Below are positions 17,507-27,354 of a stretch of DNA of 63,165 bases, in pieces. A program made the position numbers and the translations under genes. Below the pieces are notes generated by a model. That model had not been told where the DNA came from, did not search any database, and saw only the letters and a list, made by a program, of their open reading frames with translations. This DNA is from an uncultured Candidatus Saccharibacteria bacterium (lineage in GTDB: Bacteria > Patescibacteriota > Minisyncoccia > Phycocordibacterales > PALSA-1337). Every line of letters begins with the position of its first letter. Position 1 is the first letter of the stretch. The stretch spans positions 1 to 63,165 of the forward strand of contig CAZQUI010000004.1 of the NCBI GenBank assembly GCA_964596595.1, read 5' to 3'.

Positions 17507-18778
17507 TTAGTACTCCCTCATCGCTATCTGAGCATCTATTTTTTTCAACAGATCAATAACTACCGAAACAACGATTAGTAAGGCTGTACCTCCAATAGCA
17601 AGGTTTTTAGTATTAGTAAACAATTGCATAAGCAGAGGTAATATAGCAATAAAACCCAAGAACAATGCACCAACAAGAGTTATACGCGTTACGATAGAAG
17701 CCAGATAATCTCGTGTATGTTCTCCTGGTCGAACTCCAGGAATAAAAGCCCCTGAACGCTGTAGATTTTCAGATATTAATTTTGGATCAAAAGTAACTGC
17801 GGTATAAAAATATGTAAATAAAACAACCAAAATAAAATAACCGATACCGTGAATCCAAGGATCATTTAATAAAATGGTTGCCTTGGTTCCAACACTAGCC
17901 AATGTTACATTTGAAGCTCGACTCAAAAAAGTAGAAATAATTTGAGGGAATAACAATATAGACAAAGCAAAGATAATTGGTATTACACCTGCTTGATTAA
18001 GGCGAAGAGGAAGATAAGTCGAAGTGCCGCCATAAACCTTGTTACCACGAACTTGTTTTGCATAGGTTACAGGAACTGAGCGTTCAGCTTCAGTTACATA
18101 TACTACTCCAGCAATAACAGCGATACCCACAATGAGAGCAATGAGATACGTTGGGATTTCTGCTGGGTTATAAGAAGCTAAAAATTGACTAATGTTAGAA
18201 GGTAAACCAGAAATTATACCCGCAAATATAAGAAGAGATACTCCGTTACCAATACCAAATTCTGAAATCAACTCTCCTAACCACATAAGTAAAATTGATC
18301 CAGCAGAAACGACAATAACATTTAGCACAAAACCAAACATGGATATTTCTGGTAAAACATTTTGTGATTGAAGTAAAGAAAGAAAACCAATAGCAGAAAC
18401 GAGGGCCAATGGTATCGAAAGTACACGTGAATAACCAGATAATTTTAGACGACCAGCCTCGCCCTCATCATGCAACATGGCTTTCCACTTTGGAAAGATC
18501 ATAGTTAAAAGCTGAATAACTATAGACGCTGTGATAAATGGACCTACACCCAACATAACAATAGAAAGATTTGAGAGTCCGCCACCAGAGAAAATATTTA
18601 GAAACCCAAAAAACTGACTGGAATTTAACAAAGATTGTAAATTTGCAGCATCAAAACCAGGTATTGGTATTGTAGCCAGTACACGAAACAAAACGAGTAT
18701 TAAAACAGTGAAACCTAAACGCTTACGCATCATTTGGTCACGAAAAACGGTCAAGATTTTTTGAATTAGTGTGTTCAT
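17507..18778 (-). CDS. secY: preprotein translocase SecY
   Basis: LGVGPFITASIVIQLL, GIGNGVSLLIFAGI, YLPLRLNQAGVIPIIFA, FIPGVRPG, IGGTALLIVV. Confidence 0.99.
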   Translation of the reverse strand: MNTLIQKILTVFRDQMMRKRLGFTVLILVLFRVLATIPIPGFDAANLQSLLNSSQFFGFLNIFSGGGLSNLSIVMLGVGPFITASIVIQLLTMIFPKWKAMLHDEGEAGRLKLSGYSRVLSIPLALVSAIGFLSLLQSQNVLPEISMFGFVLNVIVVSAGSILLMWLGELISEFGIGNGVSLLIFAGIISGLPSNISQFLASYNPAEIPTYLIALIVGIAVIAGVVYVTEAERSVPVTYAKQVRGNKVYGGTSTYLPLRLNQAGVIPIIFALSILLFPQIISTFLSRASNVTLASVGTKATILLNDPWIHGIGYFILVVLFTYFYTAVTFDPKLISENLQRSGAFIPGVRPGEHTRDYLASIVTRITLVGALFLGFIAILPLLMQLFTNTKNLAIGGTALLIVVSVVIDLLKKIDAQIAMREY

Positions 18779-18804
18779 AAATCTAGTTTATTTTTTAATA
18801 AACT

Positions 18805-19290
18805 CTATACTTTTTTACTCTCAGCACTTGTGATCTCTTTTTTTGTAACAACAGTAACTGTTCCACCAACTTTTTCAATTGCAACTTTTGCACTCTTTGA
18901 AATTAAACAACCAGATATTTTTAAAGACTTTGTTATTGCTCCATCACCTAAAATCTTGATAGTCGGAATACGTCCAGATAAAGTAGAAATAATTCCTTTT
19001 TCTACCAAAACAGAAGGATTCACTACTTCATTTGCATTAAAAGCTGAATCGAGCATAGCTAAATCAACTATTGATACTATTTCATTTATAGATTTTAGTT
19101 GACTAACGCCACGACCGCGTAATTTTGGTAACCTCTTTATGATATCACGCCATTCTGGACGACGCTTGTTACCAGCACGAGCACTTTGTCCTTTTCCACC
19201 ACGACCAGAAGTCTTACCACGTTTACCTCCACGTGCAACAATGACACGTTTCATGTTTGGATTATTTCTTTTAAGTTGATGTGTTTGCAT
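18805..19290 (-). CDS. rplO: 50S ribosomal protein L15
   Basis: RGGKRGKTSGRGGKGQSARAG, IKRLPKLRG, KILGDG. Confidence 0.97.
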   Translation of the reverse strand: MQTHQLKRNNPNMKRVIVARGGKRGKTSGRGGKGQSARAGNKRRPEWRDIIKRLPKLRGRGVSQLKSINEIVSIVDLAMLDSAFNANEVVNPSVLVEKGIISTLSGRIPTIKILGDGAITKSLKISGCLISKSAKVAIEKVGGTVTVVTKKEITSAESKKV

Positions 19291-19311
19291 AGTATTAATT
19301 TAAGATAAAAA

Positions 19312-20025
19312 TTAGCTTTTTGCTTTTACTTCTTCAATTTTTGAATTACGTAAATTGGCTTTTGGAATTTTTATCAATTTATCAAGTGCTGCAATAGTAA
19401 CTCGAGCATTATTTAGAGGATTTTTACTACCCGAAATAAACTTTGCGCAAATATCACGAATACCAGCAAGCTCGATAATTGCTCTAGCTGAGCTACCAGC
19501 AACGATACCACGTCCACGAGCAGGGAAAATCATAATTCTGGCACTAGCATATTTTGCCTCAACAGCATGAGGAATCGTCATTTGTGGTGAAAGAGGTACT
19601 TTGATTAGATTTTTACGAGCTTCGCGTGTAGCTTTTTCTACTGCACCAGCTGTATCTATACCTTTACCAAGACCAACACCTACACGACCCTTTCTATCTC
19701 CAGCAACTACCGCAACACTAAAATTCATACGACGTCCACCGGAAGTAACGCGAGTTACGCGACGAATATCAATAATTTTTGAATCAAATTCTGGTTTAAC
19801 ACGTTCACGAGAATCACCAGAACGACTACGATTTGATCCTGCAGGACCACTAGAATTACGAGCACCTCGACGTGGAGCATCTCCGCGCATCTTTCTTCCA
19901 GGAGTTAGTTTGTTTGGTGCAACATTTGCTACAACCGAAGGATCTATTGACTCATTATTAACAACTACAGAATCAACTTCCGCAACATTTGTATCTATAT
20001 TATTTTTTAAGTCTTGTTCTTTCAT
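19312..20025 (-). CDS. rpsE: 30S ribosomal protein S5 with long N-terminal extension
   Basis: IRRVTRVTSGGRRMNFS..VVAGD, GRGIVAG, GSKNPLN; about 75 extra N-terminal residues. Confidence 0.97.
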   Translation of the reverse strand: MKEQDLKNNIDTNVAEVDSVVVNNESIDPSVVANVAPNKLTPGRKMRGDAPRRGARNSSGPAGSNRSRSGDSRERVKPEFDSKIIDIRRVTRVTSGGRRMNFSVAVVAGDRKGRVGVGLGKGIDTAGAVEKATREARKNLIKVPLSPQMTIPHAVEAKYASARIMIFPARGRGIVAGSSARAIIELAGIRDICAKFISGSKNPLNNARVTIAALDKLIKIPKANLRNSKIEEVKAKS

Positions 20026-20030
20026 ATTAT

Positions 20031-20381
20031 TTAAAATTGCAAACCGCCTTCTCGAGCTGCATCTGCTACCATTTTTATCTTTCCAGTATACAGATAACCT
20101 CCTCGATCAAAAACTATTTTTGAAATTTTTGCGGCGACAGCTTTTTTTGCTATATCACGACCAACTTCTTGGGCTTTCTCTACAGGAGTTTTACCTTTTA
20201 CAGAACGAGAATCGACAGAGACAAGAGTATGACCTTTTGTATCATCGATAATCTGAGCATAAATGTATTTATGAGATTTGAATATAGCCAAACGAGGACG
20301 CTCTGAAGTGCCGTTGATCTTGGCACGAGTTCGAGCTTTACGTCGGGCGAATATAGCTTGTTTTTTCTGAAGAATACTCAT
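20031..20381 (-). CDS. rplR: 50S ribosomal protein L18
   Basis: RPRLAIFKS..YIYAQIIDD, VFDRGGYLYTG, AAREGGLQF. Confidence 0.98.
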   Translation of the reverse strand: MSILQKKQAIFARRKARTRAKINGTSERPRLAIFKSHKYIYAQIIDDTKGHTLVSVDSRSVKGKTPVEKAQEVGRDIAKKAVAAKISKIVFDRGGYLYTGKIKMVADAAREGGLQF

Positions 20382-20387
20382 GATATT

Positions 20388-20921
20388 TTATGCGGCTTTC
20401 TTGCCTTCCTTACGACGGATAATTTCATCTGAATAACGAATGCCTTTACCTAAATAAGGTTCAGGCTTTTTCAGTGCACGAACCTGTGCTGCAAATTGGC
20501 CAACCTTTTCACAATCGATACCAGAAATCGTTATATTATTTTTTTCTGCAGTAACTTTTAGATCAGCTGGAATAGGAACATTTACTGGGTGTGAAAAACC
20601 AAGAGCCATTGCCAAAGTAGAACCTTTTACATCTGATTTAAAACCGATACCTTCGATAATGAGCTTTTTTTCATAGGCTTTATTTACGCCAGCTAACATG
20701 TTTTTTATATGTGAAGCGTATGTACCAACAAGTGCTTTAGTTTCTAACGATTGATGAGTTGGTTCTAAAGTAATAGATCCATTGTCTATTGTAATTTTTA
20801 TGAGAGAACGAAAAGTTTTTGTTAGAGTGCCAAGTGGTCCTTTTACAGTAAAAATACCCCCTGAATAAGAAGCTTCAGTCTTGGCGGGGATAATAATTGG
20901 TTTTTTAGCAAGTCGTGACAT
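20388..20921 (-). CDS. rplF: 50S ribosomal protein L6
   Basis: MSRLAKKPI, VKGPLG, LGFSHP, KPEPYLGKGIRY. Confidence 0.98.
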   Translation of the reverse strand: MSRLAKKPIIIPAKTEASYSGGIFTVKGPLGTLTKTFRSLIKITIDNGSITLEPTHQSLETKALVGTYASHIKNMLAGVNKAYEKKLIIEGIGFKSDVKGSTLAMALGFSHPVNVPIPADLKVTAEKNNITISGIDCEKVGQFAAQVRALKKPEPYLGKGIRYSDEIIRRKEGKKAA

Positions 20922-20939
20922 GTTATTTATAAAAATGTA

Positions 20940-21332
20940 TTACCAGATTTTAAACAAAACTTCCCCTCCGACTTTTAATTTTTTCGCCTCAACATCGATC
21001 ATAATGCCTTTTGGAGTAGAAAGAAATGTATTACCAAAACCACTACGATACATACGAATATCTGTTGATTTTTGATAAATGCGACGTGATGGTTTTGAAA
21101 TACGCTCAACTCCATGAATACGTGGATTATTATCAAAATAAACCAAACCTACAACTAAATTACGAGCAAATAGATTTCCTTTTTTTTCTACAGAACTGAC
21201 GTAACCAGCTTTTTTGAGAGCGTGAATAACATTTTCAGCAAATTTGGAATAAGAAATTTCCACACTAGACTTACCAGCATCACTACTGTTCTTAAGACGA
21301 ATTATGAGGTCTGAAATAGGGTCGGTTACCAT
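20940..21332 (-). CDS. rpsH: 30S ribosomal protein S8
   Basis: [37 protein letters not shown]. Confidence 0.98.
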   Translation of the reverse strand: MVTDPISDLIIRLKNSSDAGKSSVEISYSKFAENVIHALKKAGYVSSVEKKGNLFARNLVVGLVYFDNNPRIHGVERISKPSRRIYQKSTDIRMYRSGFGNTFLSTPKGIMIDVEAKKLKVGGEVLFKIW

Positions 21333-21511
21333 GATGATTTCTTAATACCAGGGATCATTCCTTCATTAGCAAATTCACGAAAACAAATACGACATAAATC
21401 GAAATCTCTCATATAACTACGCTTTCGTCCACAACGAAAACAACGTCGCACAACGCGAGATTTAAATTTTGGTTTCTTTTTCGACCTGGCTATAACAGAT
21501 GTTTTGGCCAT
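21326..21511 (-). CDS. rpsN: 30S ribosomal protein S14 (type Z, zinc ribbon)
   Basis: MAKTS...RCFRCGR...LCRICFRE...GIKKSSW; true start is ATG 21511, the ORF track start is too long; overlaps rpsH start by 7 nt. Confidence 0.97.
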   Translation of the reverse strand: MAKTSVIARSKKKPKFKSRVVRRCFRCGRKRSYMRDFDLCRICFREFANEGMIPGIKKSSW

Positions 21512-21613
21512 AAATGAATTTGGGCAATGAAATGAAGATTGGTTAACCGAGACCGAGGTCAAAGGTTTCCAATCATTAATCCTCAAAATACTGGTTACGT
21601 AGAGGTACTGGGG

Positions 21614-21642
21614 ATACTAACAGATCGCTCTTTAAGAGTCAA
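21614..21642 (-). promoter_or_regulatory. sigma70 promoter for the rpsN-secY half of the spc operon
   Basis: TTGACT (21642-21637), 17 nt, TAGTAT (21619-21614), TGn extended -10. Confidence 0.8.
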
Positions 21643-21681
21643 CAGGAAAAATAGCGTGATGTAAAATCACATCTATTCATT

Positions 21682-21716
21682 AAAAAAGCCCTAACTTCAG
21701 CAAAGAAGTCAGGGCT
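21682..21716 (-). terminator. intrinsic terminator of the 21732-22751 gene
   Basis: AGCCCTGACTTC...GAAGTTAGGGCT followed by TTTTT. Confidence 0.8.
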
Positions 21717-21731
21717 CATGAGATGCTCTTT

Positions 21732-22751
21732 TCAGGGCATCACCGTTTTCATTCTATAAAATACTTGTCTTCCCTCGGTCTCGTCCTCAATAGCAATCTG
21801 ATGACCTCCAGGAGCAGTAAACGTAACCAAATCAACCCACTTCACAAAATCAGCCGTTCTTTGGAGAGTAAAATTTACCTCACACCCTCCCCAGAGACTG
21901 AAAGTCTTGGTCCTTTGATCAAAAGACATTGGGACTCTGTTTGATGTGGCAGGTTCTCCGTTTACCCCAAAAGACTGCCCAATTGTGTCTGGTTGAAAAT
22001 TCAATCCCAGACTCGATGTAAAACGAAGGTAATCTTCTGGGTCATTAGAGCATTCATTCTCCGGCACTCTACGAACTCCGGAAATATAAACCTCTGTACC
22101 CCAGATTGTATCCTCTGTTACCAATTCGACTTGCATCAAAATTGGTTTCAAAGGAAGATCCTCAGGAGCGCCACCTCCAGCACCTTCGTAGCAGTATCCT
22201 CCGCCACTATAAGTTACTGACATAGCATAAGTATCACCCTCCTCGGGACTGCCACCACCGCTACCAGAATTTCCCGGAGCCGGAGCAGGAGAATTTGTAT
22301 TAAATATTCTTTTGCATAACCGGTACAAGTAAATCGCTCCTGCCGTTCCTCCTACAATTACGAGTCCTCCTACGATATACGGAACCTCTTGTTCTGCAAA
22401 AGGAAATGCTTTTGGCTCCAGCTGAAGAGGAATACCAACAAAGTCAGCTTCCTTGTTTGGTTCAAACTTAACAAGTGAATCACCCAATGAAGGAAATTCT
22501 GCCCCCATAACAGGGTTCACCAACTCGCTCCCAAACACAAGAAAGGTCAAGATGACCCCAACCTTTCGAATAGTCTTTGACATATGGAGCCACATGATAA
22601 CTACCACTACCCCCATACAACCTAGGTAAGGAAACCAAGGTTGATTGTCATCAAGGCTCTGCCCTATGAGAGAGCCAAGAACACCAACCAACAAGGCGCA
22701 TGTGCCCCACGTAAATGGGTACCTTGAACACCACTCAACGAATTGTTTCAT
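21732..22751 (-). CDS. membrane/surface protein of unknown function with Gly/Pro linker and C-terminal LQRTADF..W...FYR tail
   Basis: 339 aa, several TM segments, strong SD (AAAGGTTGGAG), own terminator, visibly GC-richer than neighbours. Confidence 0.75.
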   Translation of the reverse strand: MKQFVEWCSRYPFTWGTCALLVGVLGSLIGQSLDDNQPWFPYLGCMGVVVVIMWLHMSKTIRKVGVILTFLVFGSELVNPVMGAEFPSLGDSLVKFEPNKEADFVGIPLQLEPKAFPFAEQEVPYIVGGLVIVGGTAGAIYLYRLCKRIFNTNSPAPAPGNSGSGGGSPEEGDTYAMSVTYSGGGYCYEGAGGGAPEDLPLKPILMQVELVTEDTIWGTEVYISGVRRVPENECSNDPEDYLRFTSSLGLNFQPDTIGQSFGVNGEPATSNRVPMSFDQRTKTFSLWGGCEVNFTLQRTADFVKWVDLVTFTAPGGHQIAIEDETEGRQVFYRMKTVMP

Positions 22752-22972
22752 ATCTCCAACCTTTCACTCACCTACTGATAATTCAGCAGGCTTACTTCTA
22801 GTTTTCGACGAACAACCCTGGACGCAGTAGGTGCGGGTCGGAATGACCAGTTCGTGTTCCACCACAGGTAGAACCAACTTCCATATTCCCGAAAAAACTA
22901 TACATTATTATAGAAATAATTTCAAGTACTCTTCTATACGGAAAGTGGATAAATGAGAGCACTTTCTCGAGT

Positions 22973-24721
22973 CTATTGTATGTAACCAAGTAACACCCGA
23001 GCCAACCGTATATCTTTAAATGAAACATTTGGACCCACTATATTTTTTACCGGAGATAATAGTGGCGGTTTACCATCTTTTTGTTTCAAGGCAACTTCTT
23101 CGAGAGCTTTTTCAATTTTTCCCCACTGTTGGGAAGAAATTTCATATTTTAGATAAGCTATTTCTTTCAAAAATTCCGCTCGGTTGGTTTCTCCATCACC
23201 CACTTCCCCACAGAGTTGTTCTAAATGAGAAATAATTGTTTCTCCGGTCATACCTCTTTCGTGAGCAATTTCTGTGAGAGATTTTTTGGCTTTAATCAGT
23301 TTTGCAGTTTTGCTATAGGTTGGTTCTTTTATTGCTTTTATTTTTCCTCCTCGTTTACCCTTCTTATTTTTACCCATAGAATGCAGAGGTGCTACACGAG
23401 CCAGAAATTCATTTTGTAATTGAGTAATCTCCTCCGTATTAGTGGTCTCCAGCACCAGTTCTGCCTTATCAGATAATTGCCGCAAATGTCTATCATATTC
23501 CAAAACTTCTGGGTGAACCTGTAAAGCAGCTTCATTTATACCTAAAATAGTTAAACCATTTAGAGTCCGAACTCGTGACAATGCAACATAACCCATGCCT
23601 GGTTCAAATGATTTCGAAAGATCTACTTCGATAGCATCTAAACTCATACCCTGACTCTTATGCACGGTAATAGCCCAAGCCAAACGTAAAGGATACTGAC
23701 TGATTTCAGCTAAAACACGCCCATCATCTTCTATCTTCCAACTGGCCAACTCTATTGTCACTCGTCTACCTTGTGGCCATTCAGGAGTCGGAATTGTCTG
23801 AATAACTGGATCGAGACCAAATCCACACGAAACTACAGTACCCAATGTTCCATTTACATAACCTTTATCAAAATTATTTTTAACACACATAACTTGAGCC
23901 CCTTTGCGTAAACGCAAAACTTCTGGAGCTAAACAGGTTTTCTTTAAAGCTTCAACTAATGGTTTTTTACCCTTACTATTCATTTCATATACAGCTTCAG
24001 AACCCGAAACTTTACTAAGCTCAGTATCGTTAACTTTATCAACATCTATATTATGAGTATAAAGACGAGTTGGAACCAAAGTGGTCAACGTTCTTTTATT
24101 GTGTCTATTTTTTAATTCTTCTCGTGCTTCATCTGACACTTCACCTGAACGTATTTCATTTAAAATAGAAAGGTGAGCATCATCCTTTTGACGATAATTT
24201 TCAGAGAGATAACAAATAGTAAATTTCCCTTCTTTCCAAGCCTGAGAACGATAAATAAAATGGGTATCAGGTTCTCCATACTTTGACACTGGTGGTAACT
24301 GAAAAAAATCGCCACACAAAACAATTTGGATACCACCAAAAGGCTTATCATTTTTTCGAAGATGCTTGAGAATATCGTTTAGCGTATCGAGACGAAAATG
24401 ATGCAACATTGAAACCTCGTCGATAATAAGCACTTGAGTTTCTTTTATTCTATTCGCTATATATGCTTTTTCAGCTAAACCTTCCAGATCTTGTAAACTT
24501 AAATTATTTTTTATACCCATTCCAGACCAAGAATGAATAGTTACACCCCCCATATGAGTAGCAGCAATGCCAGTAGAAGCAGTAATTCCTACAGGAACCT
24601 CATGATCTCGCAGATAATTTATATATTGATTAATGAGGTGAGTCTTACCACTACCAGCAGGACCGGTAATAAAAATATTTGATCCTGTTTTAAGGAGTGA
24701 TAAAGCAGAAGACTGAGTCAT
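22973..24721 (-). CDS. PIF1/RecD-like SF1B helicase with C-terminal helix-turn-helix
   Basis: TGPAGSGKT, IIDEVSM, GDFFQLPPV, YRQ, QYPLRLAWAITVHKSQG, YVALSR; C-terminal SLTEIAHERGMTGETIISHL. Confidence 0.92.
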   Translation of the reverse strand: MTQSSALSLLKTGSNIFITGPAGSGKTHLINQYINYLRDHEVPVGITASTGIAATHMGGVTIHSWSGMGIKNNLSLQDLEGLAEKAYIANRIKETQVLIIDEVSMLHHFRLDTLNDILKHLRKNDKPFGGIQIVLCGDFFQLPPVSKYGEPDTHFIYRSQAWKEGKFTICYLSENYRQKDDAHLSILNEIRSGEVSDEAREELKNRHNKRTLTTLVPTRLYTHNIDVDKVNDTELSKVSGSEAVYEMNSKGKKPLVEALKKTCLAPEVLRLRKGAQVMCVKNNFDKGYVNGTLGTVVSCGFGLDPVIQTIPTPEWPQGRRVTIELASWKIEDDGRVLAEISQYPLRLAWAITVHKSQGMSLDAIEVDLSKSFEPGMGYVALSRVRTLNGLTILGINEAALQVHPEVLEYDRHLRQLSDKAELVLETTNTEEITQLQNEFLARVAPLHSMGKNKKGKRGGKIKAIKEPTYSKTAKLIKAKKSLTEIAHERGMTGETIISHLEQLCGEVGDGETNRAEFLKEIAYLKYEISSQQWGKIEKALEEVALKQKDGKPPLLSPVKNIVGPNVSFKDIRLARVLLGYIQ

Positions 24722-24764
24722 ATTAGGGCTGATTTTACACTAAATAGATTTTATTATCTTCATC

Positions 24765-25334
24765 TCAAACTACTTTAATTTTCTTTAACTCCTGACGTAA
24801 TTTTTTATAATCAGGAAAAGTTCTAGCGACTAGATCCCAAAACTTCTGAGAATGATTGAGTTCACCCAAATGACAGAGCTCATGGACAACAATATAATCA
24901 GCCAATTTTTCTGGTAGTAATACTATTTTATAATTAAAATTCAAATTCTTATTTTTAGAACAACTTCCCCAACATGTTTTTTGATTTTTAATACTAATTT
25001 TATTAAAGGCAAATTTATACAACTGATTAAATTGTCTGATCTTATTTTCTACAAAGACTCGAGCTTGATTTTTATTTTTCAGATAATCTTTTTTATTACT
25101 TTCAATAATTAAAACACCGGTTTTTTCTAAAGATTTAAAGTGAGCAATTTTATCTACAATCCACTGAGATTTTTGACTAACAAATCGTTCAACAAACCAC
25201 TCGGGCGTATATTTTGGAACCGTCACAATACAACGACCATCGTGATACACAGAGAGTCTCATGCTTTTGCTACGCCCACTAACCCTAAGAATATAATCAA
25301 TGTTTTGCTTTTCCAGATGCAGAGTTTTATTCAT
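24765..25334 (-). CDS. YgjP/SprT-like zinc-dependent metallohydrolase (DUF45)
   Basis: QKTCWGSCS, DYIVVHELCHL, NHS..FW. Confidence 0.9.
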   Translation of the reverse strand: MNKTLHLEKQNIDYILRVSGRSKSMRLSVYHDGRCIVTVPKYTPEWFVERFVSQKSQWIVDKIAHFKSLEKTGVLIIESNKKDYLKNKNQARVFVENKIRQFNQLYKFAFNKISIKNQKTCWGSCSKNKNLNFNYKIVLLPEKLADYIVVHELCHLGELNHSQKFWDLVARTFPDYKKLRQELKKIKVV

Positions 25335-25377
25335 GAATAAAACTCATTATATCCTAGCTCAATAAATTAAAATATTT

Positions 25378-26898
25378 CTATTTAGCCAAATCTAAAACCT
25401 CATCGATTCTAATCTGTTCCACAAATTCTGGAACGTGAGAAACAAGAATCATCGCTCCTTCATAAGCATCCAAAGCTTTTGCAATAACCGGAATATGACG
25501 GAAATTTATATGATTAGTTGGTTCATCTAAGATAAGTAGTCCTGGCCGCTGCAAGACTAAACGAGCAAAAGCAACAAGACCTTTTTGTCCCTCAGATAAA
25601 CTACCAATTTTTGTATGAATAGTATCAGCATTGATTAAAAAGCTAGCAGCCACAGCCCGAAGTTCTGTTTCAATGAGACGTCCCTCAACCGAACGAATGA
25701 TTTTTTCCAATGATTCATAGACCGTATCATTAAAATCCATCATCGAAAAATCCTGACGATAATACCCCACTCTCACTCCCGGTGTAATCAAGGTCCCTTC
25801 CGCTACATTTACAATTTTTTCTAAAAGAGTACTTTTGCCAATACCATTAGGACCAGCTAGCAATAGATGATTCTTTTTTCGTAAGGCAATCTTACAGGTT
25901 CGAGTTGTTGGCTTATGCGTTTTAGGATTAATAATAGAATAGGAATTTATGTTAATAATATCGCCAATCAAATCAGTCTGACTTGGAATTGTAAAAGGTT
26001 TAATAGTTCGATCTTCTTTACGGACATCAACTTTTTCTTCTTCAAGCTCTTCTGCTCTCTCACGCATCCGCTTGGCCACCAAACGCATCTGTCCACCCTT
26101 CATCGCAAAAAAGTTTGCCTTATCTTTATTCTCTTGAATTTCTTTGGCCAACTGTGCATTTTTCATATTCTCTTTTTCAATACGAGCCGAAATCTGATCC
26201 ACCACATCAAAATAGTCACCAACATATTGTTCAACTTTACGAGTGTAAACATCTAGATACAAAACTCCATGAGTAAAAGCGTTCAAAAATTCAGCATCGT
26301 GAGAAATCACTAAACAAGTTTTTTTATAATTAATCAAAAACTGTGTCAGATGTTCTATACCTGCTTTATCAAGATTATTGGTGGGCTCATCGAGTAATAA
26401 AATATCAGGATCTTGTATAAGAGCCGAAGCAAGAAGAAGTCTTGCTTGTTGACCACCCGAAAAAGTTTTAACAATACGATCCTTAAGATCAATACCTCCT
26501 TTATGATTGTGTAAATTTACCACTTCCAAAATCTCGTCTATCTTTGGATCCAAATCATATTTCTTTTCTTTAAAACAAGCTTGAAAAAAATCACGGACGG
26601 TAAATTCGAGTCTATCTCTTGGTATCACTTGGCGAGCCGTAGCGATAGTAGTTCCATTAGGTAAATGAATAGTTCCAGAGTCTGGTTTATGATCACCAAG
26701 AATAAGTCCAAAAATAGTAGTTTTACCAGCACCATTTTGTCCCATAATAGTAACTTTGGTGCCACGTCTAACATTAAAATTAACCTCATCGAGTATAGGT
26801 TTATTGTGACCATGTTCAAAACACACATCTTCAAAGCGGATAACAGTCTCCCCTCCAAAGGCTTTTGCTACAGATTCTGATTGGGATTTTTTGGCCAT
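25378..26898 (-). CDS. ABC-F family ribosome-associated ATPase
   Basis: Two NBDs: GQNGAGKT, FSGGQ, LDEPTNNLD and GPNGIGKST, LSEGQ, LDEPTNH; no TM; start moved to MAKKS (26898). Confidence 0.93.
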   Translation of the reverse strand: MAKKSQSESVAKAFGGETVIRFEDVCFEHGHNKPILDEVNFNVRRGTKVTIMGQNGAGKTTIFGLILGDHKPDSGTIHLPNGTTIATARQVIPRDRLEFTVRDFFQACFKEKKYDLDPKIDEILEVVNLHNHKGGIDLKDRIVKTFSGGQQARLLLASALIQDPDILLLDEPTNNLDKAGIEHLTQFLINYKKTCLVISHDAEFLNAFTHGVLYLDVYTRKVEQYVGDYFDVVDQISARIEKENMKNAQLAKEIQENKDKANFFAMKGGQMRLVAKRMRERAEELEEEKVDVRKEDRTIKPFTIPSQTDLIGDIININSYSIINPKTHKPTTRTCKIALRKKNHLLLAGPNGIGKSTLLEKIVNVAEGTLITPGVRVGYYRQDFSMMDFNDTVYESLEKIIRSVEGRLIETELRAVAASFLINADTIHTKIGSLSEGQKGLVAFARLVLQRPGLLILDEPTNHINFRHIPVIAKALDAYEGAMILVSHVPEFVEQIRIDEVLDLAK

Positions 26899-26990
26899 GA
26901 AGATATAGAGTACGGTATTTTTTCGACATTGACAAGGTCGTTTAAGATAAGTAAATTTAAATCTGGACAATCAACAGAAAGGTTCAAGTA

Positions 26991-27224
26991 ATGAATAGAT
27001 ACTACAGTCAAACATCTCACGATAAAATCCGTGAATGTAAGGCTAGACGTAAAAGCACTCTAAAGAAGTTTAGAAAGAAAAACAACAACAAAGAAATGCA
27101 CTGGGAAAATGGAAAGTTGGTATTTTCAGACACGAAGGAGATAGTACCAGGATCTCCAACGATTATGAAACCGGAAAAATCCTTCCGGAAAGAGAATGAT
27201 TGGGGGTATCAACCAACAGACTGA
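26991..27224 (+). CDS. small basic hypothetical protein
   Basis: 77 aa, K/R-rich, followed by a clear terminator. Confidence 0.6.
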   Translation: MNRYYSQTSHDKIRECKARRKSTLKKFRKKNNNKEMHWENGKLVFSDTKEIVPGSPTIMKPEKSFRKENDWGYQPTD

Positions 27225-27262
27225 TACCGGTGAGATAAACACCTCTCTAATAAGTAAACATG

Positions 27263-27290
27263 GGACACGAATAACCTTCGTGTCTTTTTT
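27263..27290 (+). terminator. intrinsic terminator
   Basis: gacacgaa-taacc-ttcgtgtc then tttttt. Confidence 0.8.
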
Positions 27291-27298
27291 ATTAAGGA

Positions 27299-27323
27299 AG
27301 GCCTCACCTTCTAGGTGAGGCCT
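27299..27323. repeat. perfect 11-bp inverted repeat upstream of the flavoprotein gene
   Basis: aggcctcacct-tct-aggtgaggcct, no U-tract. Confidence 0.6.
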
Positions 27324-27354
27324 GCAAAATCTAAAACTATGCTAATCTACCCCC

